Under the pieces are notes generated by a model, which saw only the letters and a program-made list of their open reading frames with translations, searched no databases and had not been told where the DNA came from. The translations under genes and the position numbers were made by a program. A stretch of 63,728 bases of DNA, the filler included, from Stramenopiles sp. TOSAG23-3 (lineage: Eukaryota): the NCBI GenBank assembly GCA_900128585.1. It is 8 parts of 8 records of this genome, joined end to end, with 100 filler letters (N's around TTAATTAATTAA, not from the genome) between each part and the next. Parts side by side here need not be neighbours in the genome. Positions count along the whole stretch, not along the records: positions 31,998 to 39,872 come from LT643091.1; positions 39,973 to 47,840 come from LT643092.1; 6 more parts are not named here. One strand, 5' to 3'. Shown here piece by piece: positions 32,703-44,640 of this stretch. Position 1 is the first letter of the stretch, and each line of letters opens with the position of its first letter.

Positions 32703-35058
32703 ATGGCGAATTTACTCACGTCCGCTCTGAAGTCGGTGACCAACCGAGTTGGGATAACTTCTGAGAGTCCGGCCCTGTCTGATGGGTGCATTTTGTACGT
32801 CAAAGAGGCATCTGACAAAACTATAACGATTGGTTGGTACATGCCATCCGATTCCAACCCGCCGTCGAACGTGTCGTGGACTACTGGGCCAGCTCGGTCG
32901 GCAGTTCCAAAAACTAGCCCACAGTATGAGTTCGAGCTGTCCTATTATTTGTCCACAGCTGGCGTGTTCGGACAACGAACTAAGGTGAAAGTTCGAGAGC
33001 GGATTTACAAAGTGTCTGGTTTACTGCCAGAAACGGGATATGTATTTCAAATACGCTCGCGAAAGAGGGGGGGATCGGTAAAGGAAATGGAAGGGAATGC
33101 AGCGGCGGCGCGCCCCCCAACATGGTCGTCCGTTAGCCCGAAATTCGAGTTCTTTACCCTAACCTCGGTTGCACAGGAACAGCTCACGCACACTACTCGC
33201 TTCAACGCCTTTCTCTCAAACATGGGGAAATCGCTCGAGCCATACCCTGAGCCAGACTGGGGAAAAGATACCCTTATGGACAAATCTTTGCGTGTGGGGC
33301 AAGGGGCACTAGACGTTGCCACTTACATAGGGATCGGGGGAAAGTGGAGGAAAATTGCCAAGGCACTGGTAAACATGTACAAATACGGCACGTTGGCTGC
33401 TCTGTTCTTTCAAGAGGGACTGCAGCAGACGGCAGCGATAATGGGAAAAATGATATCTGTGTCTGCAAAAGGGATGAATTTGACAGCGAAGGATATTACT
33501 GTGGGATCTTACTATTTGCTATGGATAAGAAGGGGGTTTCGACTGCGAAACCCCACGGCTGAACAGTATGATCACGAAGAAGGCAAACCCGGCGTACTGG
33601 AGGAAATAGCAAATGAAACAATTTTAGATGGCCTGGCTTACTATTTGCCATTTAGCGATGCTGCTTATGCCAACACAGCCGCGGAACAGCAATGGTTTTC
33701 GTTGCAATACCCTGGTTCAGAGACTCACGGCAGCTACATCATTGTCGTTTCGTCCCCAGACTCAATGCGTGTTGACCTGCCGTCGCCCCAGCAAGAGACA
33801 CTGAAAATCACAAAACCTGCCTACTTCGTCGCTGCCAATCCTGTGAAGATGGAAGTCATCGTTGCAATAAGGGGCACTAAATCTTTAGACGATATGTACG
33901 TCGATGGCCACGCAGACGAGGGTTTCTTCGAAGGATCAAACGGAAAAACTTACCGGTGTCATAGTGGAATGCTCAACTGCGCCCTTTGGATGGCAAAGGT
34001 AGGCAAATTAGAGCATTGGCTAAACAAGCTACATTCACTGGGTTATAAAATAACGTTGACCGGACATTCCCTTGGTGCGGGCGTTGCAACATTGTTAGGG
34101 TGTCTTCTGAAAACTTCAAACCCAAACATGCATGTCGATGTGTACGGATACGCAGTCCCTGCCTGTGTGGGGCACGATTTATCACATGAGTGCAAGGGAA
34201 GCCTTATTCGAGTCCATTCCCTTGTAAACCGTGACGATTTTGTCTCACGGGCAACCGCTCCCAACATACGGGCAATGGCTGCAGAGATTAAGTCGAGGCG
34301 CGATCAATGGGAGCCATTTCTTAAGAACGATTTAAATGACGTCTATTCCCGCATGAAAACCGTCTGGGCACCCATGAAGCGGACAAAACGTGTGGTTAAA
34401 ACCCAAGACAATGGCTCAGGCTCTTTTAAAGAAGAAGGCGGCCTAGATCCAACGGGGCTTCAACGACGAGCTGTAAGCGACGTGGCGATCGAAGCCGCAG
34501 GCGTTGCAAAGTCGGAGAGCGTAATACAACCGTTGGTTGTGCCTGGCGAAATTGTTCATATGTACATGTATCATGGTGTTGTTCGGGCGGCATTGGTAGA
34601 CTGCACTTTTCCTGGTCTGCAAAGGATGGAAATTTTTGAAAACTGTAAGTAAATGATTCTTCTCTTTCTCTCATCATGGATGATACTTTGTATTAACCTT
34701 CTTCTAATGTCCCTCTCGAATAGCATTAAACGACCATTACAGGCGATCGATTTACGTCAATTTGCGTGATGTGAAAGCTGCAAGAAAAGCACGTGCGGCC
34801 GGCAATTTCCCGCCGCACTGGCAAGCACTAGATTATAATGCGACGCAACCGTGCTGCGTATGTAGCTACGATGTCAACTGGGTGAACACTGGCAATTCCG
34901 AAGCGAATGTGGTTCGAGCAGTTCGGCATTGCCGTAGCTGTGGCAATATTGCTTGTGACCAATGCTGCCGTTATAAGACACCCTTGCCGGACATTGGGAT
35001 TTACCGCCCAGTTATTGTGTGCGACAATTGTAGACGAAGGCTGTACAGTAAAGTCTAA
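32703..35058 (+). CDS. FN3 + class-3 lipase (DAG-lipase-like) + FYVE-like zinc finger; GT-AG intron 34645-34723
   Basis: LLPETGYVFQIRS (FN3), IRGT, TGHSLGAG, DDFVSR. Splicing the 79-nt intron gives ENSLNDHY in frame with the RHCRSCGNIACDQC exon. Confidence 0.88.
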
Positions 35059-35508
35059 GGATGATTTTAAAGAAATTTAAAAACAAAATTAATAATGTCT
35101 ATTATTTAATAGATAGCTTTTGAACCAAAAAATTGGCTGTTATTTTTAAGAAAATTATAAAGTTTATGTTTCCTCATGTACCGCGAAAACGAATCTGCTT
35201 TAAAAATACACTCGTAAAAAATTAATATTTTACTTAAATAACAGCCAATTTTCTTTTTTTACGAATTTTTTCCTTTCTTTTTCATCACATTTACTGATAA
35301 TTTAGATAAATAATAAAACTGAATTAGGAAATATAGTTAGGATTAGGGTACGAGGAAGCTAAATTTAATTACTTATAAATAACAGCCAATTTTCGTCTTG
35401 CTTATATAATATTTTTTAATATAATTATTGGTATAATAATATTTTTTCTTCTTTTTTCAATAATAAATAATAATTGGAAGCCTTCTTTATTTGCACACCA
35501 CATTTTAG

Positions 35509-36225
35509 TCATTCCTCCCAATCCACATGTACGCAATCCGTCACCTCCTCAAAATAATGTTGCAGCATATTTTTTATCATGAACCTGACAGTTACTGTAC
35601 TTGAGGGGCAGGACACGCACGCACCAAGCATTTGTAAATGAACGACCCCGCCCCCGTCAATCATGACAAACTTTACGTCCCCTCCGTCCGACTGAACATG
35701 GGGCCTCGCCAGCTCGTTTATGGTATTTTCAATTTCTTGAGCAAGCTTTCTGTCTGGGTGTCTAGACGGAAGGTTTGCCCTGTTCTCGAACGTTTCTTCC
35801 TTCGAGACATTTTCATTATCTTTCGTATTCTCCACTCCATTTACGTCATATCCTGTAAAAAAATCTTGAATCGTCTTTTCTAAATCATCAATGATATCTT
35901 CCCAATCCGAACTGTTACTTTTTTGAACCGTTAGAAAATTGTCTCCAAGGAAAATACTCTCTACGTCTGGGTTGCTGTGCAAAACTTCTGATGCCAACTT
36001 CGAGTGCCTCTCAGCGTTTTCTGCTGACGAAAATTGGCGCGGTGAATATTGGTCTATTCCAAAATTTAAATAGTGTTCCAGGGCATCCGAATCTTCTATT
36101 GATTGAAACTTATACGCCTGTGGGTTGGGAGTCGCACTTGCATATATATGTACACAATTCACCACGGTCCAGTGTGTCCTCGATCTCACGCGGCTGAAAC
36201 CATGTCTAAATATTCCGGCAAGCAT
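35509..36225 (-). CDS. NFU1: Mitochondrial NifU-like Fe-S carrier
   Basis: TPNPQAYKF; RPHVQSDGGDV...GACVSCPSSTVT. Confidence 0.9.
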   Translation of the reverse strand: MLAGIFRHGFSRVRSRTHWTVVNCVHIYASATPNPQAYKFQSIEDSDALEHYLNFGIDQYSPRQFSSAENAERHSKLASEVLHSNPDVESIFLGDNFLTVQKSNSSDWEDIIDDLEKTIQDFFTGYDVNGVENTKDNENVSKEETFENRANLPSRHPDRKLAQEIENTINELARPHVQSDGGDVKFVMIDGGGVVHLQMLGACVSCPSSTVTVRFMIKNMLQHYFEEVTDCVHVDWEE

Positions 36226-36770
36226 TGTTTCGATTCGATGCACTCTTATTGTATCCCCAAATAAGATCGAATCTATGTGTTTCCCCCTTCTTATCTGTCA
36301 AAACTGAAATACTTTTTTGTGTGTGAGGAGAATATTGAAGTTTTTGTTTTTTTTGAATACCGGGGTACATATTACTTATTTCGTGAACTTCCACCACCGG
36401 TAATAATATCTAGTACGGTATTATTATATATTAGTGTGAGTAAGTCAACAACTACTAAAAAAAAAATGAAAAAATTATTTATTGTATTTTTATAAATATT
36501 CTGATCATCGATCCTTCGAAAATCGGGGAACATGTGGTGGTGTGGTGCTGCTATTAATTAATATTGCCTTGTTGCCCGGATTTTTTAGGTCGCAAAATAC
36601 AGCAGAAGAAAGTGGTATTAAAACCTGTACGGAAGCACGGTAAAAGGAGGTAAAATTTTATTTTTACGAGATATATATTAATGTTTTTGCGATTAAATTC
36701 CAATGTGTTGTTTGAACTTGTAATATTCAGGTAAAGGAAACATGACCGTACCGTACCATTATACGGGCAG

Positions 36771-39182
36771 TCAAGAATCTGCCCTTATGATAAAACGAAA
36801 TCTACTCGTGGAATCTTCTTGAATCCAGGGATAATAGACCACATAATTGGTGGTGTATAAATTGGAATGTAAATTGAACGCCGCGCCATCTTGGGGGCGT
36901 GCTGGACTCCCGTCGTACGCTTCAAAATTCCACGTATTACGCACATACCCTGGTGACATGAGGCCAGCATCAAGACTTTCAACGCGGAAGGCCTGGCTTG
37001 GCTCAGACCCCGACCGGAAAGTCATTCCCCCGTACACTGGGTCTAATCCGTGAAGGACTGCCCCAGCTTTTGCAACCACATCACTGGTGTCAATATTTTC
37101 CTTCCCCATTTTGTCTACGCTTAGGACCCACCGGTTTGATAAATCCCCTTGCAGCTTTGGTGTGAATTCAAACCAACTGCTTTCGGGAAGGAAAACCGCC
37201 CGTTTTCCTTCCCAAGTAAGGTCGATGGCCATCGAAGCTTCCATAGCAGTCAGTGTGATGTACACTGAGGCTGGTGCGCCATATCCCAAAGATATTAATT
37301 CCGACGGGGGGTTCAAGTTCAGTACAATGGACGAATGGTCGTCACGACGATATATTTGGTGAATCGAGTAATACCATCGTTTGCTTCTAGCCCCCGTGGT
37401 ATTCAAGCCGCTGTCCTGGCATCCCAGGGGCGTTTTGTATGGATACTCCCCTCCATGGTTGTAATTGTACGTGTGGCCATACTGGCACGCTTCTTCGAAC
37501 GAGTGGGAACGGTACATGAATGCCGCGATTTGGTGATCTTTGTCCGCCCAGGAAGTTTCTTCCCCCTTCGAAAAGGACGAAATCGCCCCTGTGTCGGGAT
37601 CAAATTCCAACGTCCAATTGAACTTCAAATCAAAGGCATCGGCCCATTCGCTGCGAGCTACAGTATTGTAACCACCATTTAAGAGGGTTTCCGGCGTAGG
37701 AGCTGGAGCAGTAATGGCTGCAAACTCGGCCTCGATCCCTTTTCTCAGCGCGGATGATTTCTGGAGCGCACCAACTGCTGCAGGAACAAACGCCCTTTGC
37801 TCCACCCACGTCTGCTCCATGAAACGATAATACGGATTTGCACCAACCTTTCGCCCCGCTGCCAGTTCCTCCGCCGTCCAAACATCCACCGGGCGGGTGA
37901 TGTTGTTGTGCAGGCAGCCACAGCCGCCCCAAGTGTGCTCGCTGAGTTTAATCGCCAAGCGCTTGAACAGCGGGGTGGCACCCGTGTAAGCGGTATTAGC
38001 CCCAACTCTGAATATTGCCCTCATCTGTGCCATTTTCAAGGGGTCGCTAGAGCATCCGTACATCCATGTGTCTCCTATTTCGCTCGTTACCACCGGCAGC
38101 GATGCCTTTATTGCTTCGGTGTTAAGAAGGGCAAAGTATGTGTCAAGCGTCGAGGCACGGATCTCTGCGTGTGGAAAGGCTTCTGCAAACTTCTTGTAGT
38201 CAAGCAGCACTTCCTCTGTACCATTTGGCCCATAATTATCACCGCGCCATGCGTAGCACAGTACATCTTCCAGTTGTGGGTGCCCTATGCAGTCGCACAG
38301 AAGACCGTCTCTTGAGAAAAAAGGCGTCCCGTCCGGCATCGACCCTCCTGTTACCCCGCCGTACCCTCCAGGGTGTATGTCTACTATTACCTCGGAATCG
38401 GTTGCTTCGTCTCGCCATAAAAACGGAGATCGTATTTTGTGCTTTCCATTGACGTAGCAGTCCACCGTAGATGGCACTATGGGCGGGGGAGATCCGTCAT
38501 TTGCACCGATGCTTATGCCGAAGACATTATTCCTTGCCAACACAGGGACCGCTCCGCGAGTCAGCCCAGTCACATCTCTCTGGGAAAGGACGTTCGGCGC
38601 ACCGTCGCTTCCGTATCGCTCCGCCAAGTCCGCGCTGCATTTTAACCCTAACGTTTCGAAGCTTACAGCATCCATCAGCTCCGGCTGAGCGTTGTGGGGA
38701 AAGGCATGAAAATATAAATCCCCTGATTTCAAACCGGCCTTGACAACTTCAACCTCCTCGTCGCTGGGGCATTTTAACGGATCTTGCTTCTCAAAATGTT
38801 GGTACGGAAACCTTTCTTCGTCGCAATTCAGATAATGGTCAACAATGAACGATTGCGTCATGTACGAAAAAGTCACGTTCTGTTTCCCTGGGTGCGATCT
38901 GAAATATTTTGAGCTGTTGATTGCCTCTAAAAAAAACGACTTGTAGTACGTCGTTTCGTTCTTCGGTTTTGGAGGGGCAACGGTTCCTGGGCCGCCCGTC
39001 ATGTATCGGTTCAAAATGTTCGTCACGTAGTCCGCAAATCCAGCATCAAAATGGTTGGACCACACAAGATGTACATTCTTAACACCCAGAGGATTTATTG
39101 TAGGCAATTCTGCCCCCATAGCCGCCCATAGCCGAAAGGTTGCAACGAGAAAGTGCACAAACAGCCCCCCTTTACACAACAT
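36771..39182 (-). CDS. Secreted GH38-like / DUF5054-type carbohydrate-active protein
   Basis: Signal peptide; HLVWSNHFDAGF, DVTGLTRG, EIGDTWMYGCSSDPLK, EHTWG. Confidence 0.75.
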   Translation of the reverse strand: MLCKGGLFVHFLVATFRLWAAMGAELPTINPLGVKNVHLVWSNHFDAGFADYVTNILNRYMTGGPGTVAPPKPKNETTYYKSFFLEAINSSKYFRSHPGKQNVTFSYMTQSFIVDHYLNCDEERFPYQHFEKQDPLKCPSDEEVEVVKAGLKSGDLYFHAFPHNAQPELMDAVSFETLGLKCSADLAERYGSDGAPNVLSQRDVTGLTRGAVPVLARNNVFGISIGANDGSPPPIVPSTVDCYVNGKHKIRSPFLWRDEATDSEVIVDIHPGGYGGVTGGSMPDGTPFFSRDGLLCDCIGHPQLEDVLCYAWRGDNYGPNGTEEVLLDYKKFAEAFPHAEIRASTLDTYFALLNTEAIKASLPVVTSEIGDTWMYGCSSDPLKMAQMRAIFRVGANTAYTGATPLFKRLAIKLSEHTWGGCGCLHNNITRPVDVWTAEELAAGRKVGANPYYRFMEQTWVEQRAFVPAAVGALQKSSALRKGIEAEFAAITAPAPTPETLLNGGYNTVARSEWADAFDLKFNWTLEFDPDTGAISSFSKGEETSWADKDHQIAAFMYRSHSFEEACQYGHTYNYNHGGEYPYKTPLGCQDSGLNTTGARSKRWYYSIHQIYRRDDHSSIVLNLNPPSELISLGYGAPASVYITLTAMEASMAIDLTWEGKRAVFLPESSWFEFTPKLQGDLSNRWVLSVDKMGKENIDTSDVVAKAGAVLHGLDPVYGGMTFRSGSEPSQAFRVESLDAGLMSPGYVRNTWNFEAYDGSPARPQDGAAFNLHSNLYTTNYVVYYPWIQEDSTSRFRFIIRADS

Positions 39183-39814
39183 TAGTTTCCTTACCTTACG
39201 GGAAATGTACCAGACTCACCCCCGTGCACCAAAGCAAGAAAGCCGAACAATACTAAAAAAAACTCACGCAAAAGCTTCAGAAATCTGCCACGCCTTTTTT
39301 TAAATGTATGATTGCTAGTGTGAAACAATGGCCGTGATTTTTCCATGACCGTGATATTTTTTTGCATTAAAAAAACTGAAGAAAAAACGGCGACGGAGTA
39401 CTATTAATTCATTTATCATCAAAAGAGAAGCACATCTCTCAAAGAAAAGAAAAAAACTCTCATCTCTCATCATCAATTATATTTTTTATAGTTTTATTAA
39501 TTTAATTTTAAGGGAAACTATTTATTATTAATATTATATAATATACTATAATAATATAGATTTCAGTTGTTCTATTACATTATTAATTTTAATTATTATA
39601 CTTAATAAATAATAACAGCCAATTTTTTTCTTATTATTTTTAATAATAATTATTTATTAATAATTCTTTAGCTCTTCTTACTTCTTCTTTATTTTTTCTT
39701 CTTTTCTCAATTCTTCTCTCCCTCGGTGGGGTATTAATACTTTTTTTCAAAAGTTTAAAAAGCCCGGCACAAGTTAGTGATTCGTGTTATACTTTTAAAC
39801 AGCGTAGCTTTTTA

Positions 39815-39872
39815 TCAGTTGGGCAGTTGTCTTTCGTTTTGGAAACCAGAGTGCTTTAACGCCTTGGCAGCA
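39815..39872 (-). CDS. Possible last codons of a minus-strand gene cut by the contig end
   Basis: Reads ...AAKALKHSGFQNERQLPN then stop codons, followed by AT-rich DNA carrying the 3' element. Confidence 0.3.
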
Positions 39873-39972
39873 NNNNNNNNNNNNNNNNNNNNNNNNNNNN
39901 NNNNNNNNNNNNNNNNTTAATTAATTAANNNNNNNNNNNNNNNNNNNNNNNNNNNNNNNNNNNNNNNNNNNN

Positions 39973-40050
<78 letters not shown>

Positions 40051-40076
40051 GTCGAAAGAAGGAAAGAAAGAGTCGA

Positions 40077-40116
<40 letters not shown>

Positions 40117-40409
40117 AAAAGAAGGAGGAAGAAAGAAGTAGGAAGAAAGAAGGAGGAGGTATATAATAAATATCAAAATAAGTCACATTCGTAATAAATC
40201 ATTCATTATGATTAAGAGAGAGAGTCATTAGTTGATTTTATAGTAAGGAATGAATGAATGAATCAAATTATCAATCAATTCATTTATTTTTAGAAATCCG
40301 GTGGATCCCATTCCCCTTTTTCTCACACCATCATTGAGTGCTTGCTGCTTGGCACTTGGATTCCATTCTCGTTTGGTAAATTCTGGCTGCATAACCCGTT
40401 TAGAGATAG

Positions 40410-40724
40410 ATGCATTGTTATCGCCGCACGGCCGCCCTGTTCTTGTGCATCGTGTCATGGGTTGCAAAAGGATCACTCGGTTTCAGCAATGTTGCTACTT
40501 ACCGGAGGGTCGCCCTTACCGAGCTGAAAGTCGTGCGGCACGATATCATAGACGTTGAGAACGGGGGTGGCCAGCACCCCCAGGCTTTGGTCGCACAGCT
40601 CGTCACTTTTAAGGCAAACATTACCGACCTTCCCCTCACGGGCTCTCCGACCCCGGAACTACGGTGCTCTGGCGAACCCACATACGTGCGGGCAGAGGCA
40701 AAATGCTTTTTTTTCATTATATAA
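40410..40724 (+). CDS. Possible small secreted protein or gene fragment
   Basis: GC-rich island with a signal-peptide-like N-terminus; 3' end unclear. Confidence 0.3.
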   Translation: MHCYRRTAALFLCIVSWVAKGSLGFSNVATYRRVALTELKVVRHDIIDVENGGGQHPQALVAQLVTFKANITDLPLTGSPTPELRCSGEPTYVRAEAKCFFFII

Positions 40725-40804
40725 TGTATAGGCACACATACACACACAGGAACCAGTGACGATGTTGATCAAACCTTTATAGAGACAATCTTGAACAAGA
40801 GATT

Positions 40805-43036
40805 ATGGATCACAAAATCGAAACGACGGACGGCCCAAAGCCCGAGCCCAAGGCCGCTAATATACCTTCGACGTCCTCTTCAACGAATCCCTCTCGTGAC
40901 CCCAGCAAGAAAAGGGACGAATGGCAAGAAAACCCGCTTCGGACGCCCACTTTCACTAAATCGCTGTCCATAGAAGGGGCGATCACCGCAAAGCGCGGAC
41001 AACCGCGGGAATCGGCCCGCCCCGTCGTCTCAGCAGTGGGCCAAGAGGCAGTGAGGCACTTGACGTGCTGGAACACGTTCACCCGAAAGGGCGCCATATT
41101 GATGATTATACAGCTCATAGTAGCGACCGTTCACTTCATCGCCTTGCGGCAGTACACGAGGAATTTTACAAATTCCCGCGAGCTTCACTTTGTCCTGTTC
41201 TACGGCGGGTCCTGCGCGCTGTACCTGGGCATGTTTTTCTATTTCTTGATCTTCCATAAGCGTCTCGCAGCGGATTGGGTCTATCGGCACGCCACCGAAG
41301 GATACCGGAAATCGAACGTCGAATCGTTCAAGCGATCGACCGTGAGGTCCTCTGTAATTCCCGAATCAAAACGACCCCCCCGGAAAGCCCCGCGACGTGG
41401 CCGGCCGAGTGGCACCGTCGCCAAAGTCGAAACAATCGTGCGGGTGGTCTCGTTTGTATACTCAAAATTTACAACGTTAAAGCAAGACTGGTTTTCTGTC
41501 AATGGAAAGTACCACTTGCTCAAGCTGAGCATCCAAGAGGCTTTGGAGGACTGGTGGCAATTGTACACCCTTATCGACATGCATTTATGTAACCTGCCGA
41601 TTCTGGGCTCCTCGCTCCTGGTCCTCTTTCTCGTTTGTGAGTCGGCCTATCGAGCGTTCCTCTTTCGTAAGTACTTGTGCAAGGGTAGCGAGTACCAGTT
41701 GGTGTCGATGAAGCAACGGGATCGACAAATAGTCACAGATTTGGTCGTGGACGTGCTGCTGCTGATCGTGCCGTTGGCGATGTACAACTTCGTGTACATG
41801 CTGCAGATCACTCATCTCGAGGTGGGAAAATTACTTATTATCCCGACAATGTGTTTGATCACGAAAAGCCACGAGCTGCTGACCGCGCTCATTGGGGTCA
41901 ACGCGGAGGCTATCGTGGAGAGTCTTCAGCACAAGGGTGAGAGGAAATCGAAAAAGAGAAAGTCTAGTTTTTTCACTCGGTTGACCTACACGCAGGACAT
42001 TGTAGACGAGCAGAACAAAACTTTTCCCCGGTTGGCAAAGGCGGCCGTCTGTATCATCTCCTCCGTGTACGCCTGTTTTCTCTTTGCCATGCTGATGGTT
42101 CAGGTGGGACTCTTAGCGGGCATAGAAGAACGGTGTGTCGGTTATTTCCAGGGCATGTGGAATGCCTGCACGCTGAGGGTGTACTACTGCAACAATGCGT
42201 TCGAGCCCTCATGCAACTGCGTAAAGTTCGAAAAGAATAGGCACAACTGGACCATACTCCCAGATAAAATCGAGGAGCTGACGGCACTAAAGACGCTCTC
42301 CCTGACGGATGGCCCGTTGACACATTTGCCAGAGAAACGCGTGGAAAAATTACGAAAATTATCCCAATTGGACTTTGAATTCAATCGGCTCCAAGCGTTC
42401 GAAGTGAACGTCGGGGAGCTGAACCACCTGATCACCATTAACCTGGGGTACAACGAGATCAATGCGCTCCACGCGTCCATTTGGTCTCATCCAGAGCTGG
42501 TGAATGTTTTGCTCAACAGCAACGGCAACGTGTCCATTCCAGACACGGGCGTGTACATGCCATCATTGCTGAGGCTGTTGATGCAGAACAATACGGGGGC
42601 ATTCCCGGAAGAGCTGGGAAAGGCTCAGTTCCCGTCCCCGTTGGAGTTGTACATCAGCGGCAACGTCGGCTTTGGCAAAAGAATCCCCAGATCCTTCGAG
42701 ACCTTGGACCTGCAAATTTTGGACATTGCGCGGTGCGGCATCAGTGGGGCGCTACCCAGATATTTTGACGATACACTCGCGAAATCACTCTACCGTCTTG
42801 ACGCCCGCGACAACAATTTGACAAGCGTGGATAAGGCCCTAGTGCAAAGCGTAAGAGGTGATGTGTACCTGAGCGGCAACCCCCTCTGCGACGGGGCAAG
42901 CGACGAGGAGATCGTCCGCATCTGCAAACCGCTCTGTTCGAAGTTTTGTTATAAGCGAGAAACGCAGAAGAATTTTTGCGACAAAAGCTGTAATTCTGAA
43001 GCTTGCAAGTATGATTCTGGGGATTGCATTGGGTGA
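40805..43036 (+). CDS. Multi-TM protein with C-terminal LRRs and LNR/Notch-like Cys module
   Basis: Several TM helices, LxxLxLxxNxL repeats, YLSGNPLC cap, FCDKSCNSEACKYDSGDC. Confidence 0.85.
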   Translation: MDHKIETTDGPKPEPKAANIPSTSSSTNPSRDPSKKRDEWQENPLRTPTFTKSLSIEGAITAKRGQPRESARPVVSAVGQEAVRHLTCWNTFTRKGAILMIIQLIVATVHFIALRQYTRNFTNSRELHFVLFYGGSCALYLGMFFYFLIFHKRLAADWVYRHATEGYRKSNVESFKRSTVRSSVIPESKRPPRKAPRRGRPSGTVAKVETIVRVVSFVYSKFTTLKQDWFSVNGKYHLLKLSIQEALEDWWQLYTLIDMHLCNLPILGSSLLVLFLVCESAYRAFLFRKYLCKGSEYQLVSMKQRDRQIVTDLVVDVLLLIVPLAMYNFVYMLQITHLEVGKLLIIPTMCLITKSHELLTALIGVNAEAIVESLQHKGERKSKKRKSSFFTRLTYTQDIVDEQNKTFPRLAKAAVCIISSVYACFLFAMLMVQVGLLAGIEERCVGYFQGMWNACTLRVYYCNNAFEPSCNCVKFEKNRHNWTILPDKIEELTALKTLSLTDGPLTHLPEKRVEKLRKLSQLDFEFNRLQAFEVNVGELNHLITINLGYNEINALHASIWSHPELVNVLLNSNGNVSIPDTGVYMPSLLRLLMQNNTGAFPEELGKAQFPSPLELYISGNVGFGKRIPRSFETLDLQILDIARCGISGALPRYFDDTLAKSLYRLDARDNNLTSVDKALVQSVRGDVYLSGNPLCDGASDEEIVRICKPLCSKFCYKRETQKNFCDKSCNSEACKYDSGDCIG

Positions 43037-43092
43037 GATGGGTGGGCGCGTGCGTTCTTTAAAAAACAAAATTCTCCTTGTAAATTGCATTT

Positions 43093-43356
43093 AAAAAAAA
43101 ACAAATTATATAGTGTATGCTTTAAGACTCTCATTTTAATATCAATTTTAATATTCATGACGACGTAATCCTTACACCTAAAATCATAGGGCCATGCCAT
43201 TATTTTGTATGAGAGCAGATTCATTTTCGTGGTATTACATAAATGAATCAAATTAAAAAATCAATATAGGATTAGGGTTGGAACTGAAATAGTAATTGAT
43301 TTAAAATGAGAGTCTTAAAACATATGATACTATCATATATAATTTGTTTTTTTTTA
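43093..43356. repeat. Inverted pair of the dispersed 3' element (arms 43093-43139 and 43301-43356)
   Basis: AAAAAAAAACAAATTATATAGTGTATGCTTTAAGACTCTCATTTTAA and an imperfect reverse complement. Confidence 0.8.
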
Positions 43357-43536
43357 CACAAATGAAGAAGATAAATTCTATTATTTAACTTTTTTAGTAG
43401 AGTTCAGTTCGCAGTATGTTGCATTAACTAATTTTAAATTTACTTTTTAAATAACAGATAATTTTCTTGTTTTTATACTAACACAAGAGTAAATAACAGC
43501 CAAGTTTTCTAAAACAATTTATCAAACTGGTTGCAC

Positions 43537-44640
43537 TTACTCTTCCGCCGCTTTCGCTGCCAAGTAGTCTTTGAACTCTTTTGTCTGCTCGATCCCTTTC
43601 AGTCTATGCTCTATGCAAGCGTAGCCCGCATCAATCATGGATTTCTCTTCTTCCATAAAGGTCAAGCCCAGCACGCGCTGGACTTTGCTGTTGTCAACTT
43701 CCGATTTTGATTTGCCTACCCTGGGGAGAATTACTGCAATCCCTTTGTCAAACCAGGAGAGAAGCCAAAGCAAAGGGTACGGCGCCCTTGTCGTTGGTAC
43801 TTTATAACCGAGCGGTGCAAATTCCTTCGCCAACACTCTGCTCCAGTGCTGAATTGAGGTTTCTTGGGCCCACAAAGCGAAACGTTCGCCCGCAGCCTCG
43901 GGCACCGTTGCGGCCAAACGATGCGCAGCAGCAACGTCGCGAACGTCAACGGTGCCCATGTTCATGTCTGGTACTGCTGGCATCTTTCTGCCCAGCATTC
44001 GGTAAGGAAACTCGTGGGAGGTGGCAAAACTCGAGCTGAGCGTGGGTCCAATGACAAGCGTTGGATTGATGGTGCTCAGTTCAAACACCGCTTCCCCCTT
44101 CGTTTTACATTCCTTCACAAAGTCCCACGCGGCCCTCTCTGCCATTGTTTTGCTTTTGGAATAATTGTCGGCCTTCTCCAGGTTGGTCCACTGCTTCTCG
44201 GGCTCCTTGAGAAGGGCAACAGGGTCGTGGCCTGAGCTGATGGCCGCCATGGACGATGTCAGGACAACGCGGGATACACCCCCAGCAGCGTGGGCAGCCC
44301 TCAAAACGCTAAGCGTCCCCTCACGGGCAGGTTTGAACAGTTTCTCCTCCGCCTCGTCGTCGGAAATTCCAACGATGAAAGGTGATGCCATGTGAAATAC
44401 GTACGTGCACCCCGTCACGACCTTTTGCCAGCTCGCGTCGTCGTCCAGCAAGTCCGCTTGCACAAGCTCCAGGTTCTCGCCAGCGCCTTTCATAGAGGTA
44501 AGGTGAGCTGACTTTGCTGACTTCCCCAAGTCGCGCACAGTCCCCCTTACGCGATAACCATGCCCAAGAAGGTCTCTGACGACGTGCCCAGCAAGAAAAC
44601 CCGTGGCCCCTGTCACAAGGCAAAGCTCGCCGTTGCTCAT
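43537..44640 (-). CDS. NAD(P)-dependent epimerase/dehydratase (DFR/aldehyde reductase-like extended SDR)
   Basis: VTGATGFLA, HMASP, TSSMAA, YSKSKT, VDVRDVA. Confidence 0.93.
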   Translation of the reverse strand: MSNGELCLVTGATGFLAGHVVRDLLGHGYRVRGTVRDLGKSAKSAHLTSMKGAGENLELVQADLLDDDASWQKVVTGCTYVFHMASPFIVGISDDEAEEKLFKPAREGTLSVLRAAHAAGGVSRVVLTSSMAAISSGHDPVALLKEPEKQWTNLEKADNYSKSKTMAERAAWDFVKECKTKGEAVFELSTINPTLVIGPTLSSSFATSHEFPYRMLGRKMPAVPDMNMGTVDVRDVAAAHRLAATVPEAAGERFALWAQETSIQHWSRVLAKEFAPLGYKVPTTRAPYPLLWLLSWFDKGIAVILPRVGKSKSEVDNSKVQRVLGLTFMEEEKSMIDAGYACIEHRLKGIEQTKEFKDYLAAKAAEE

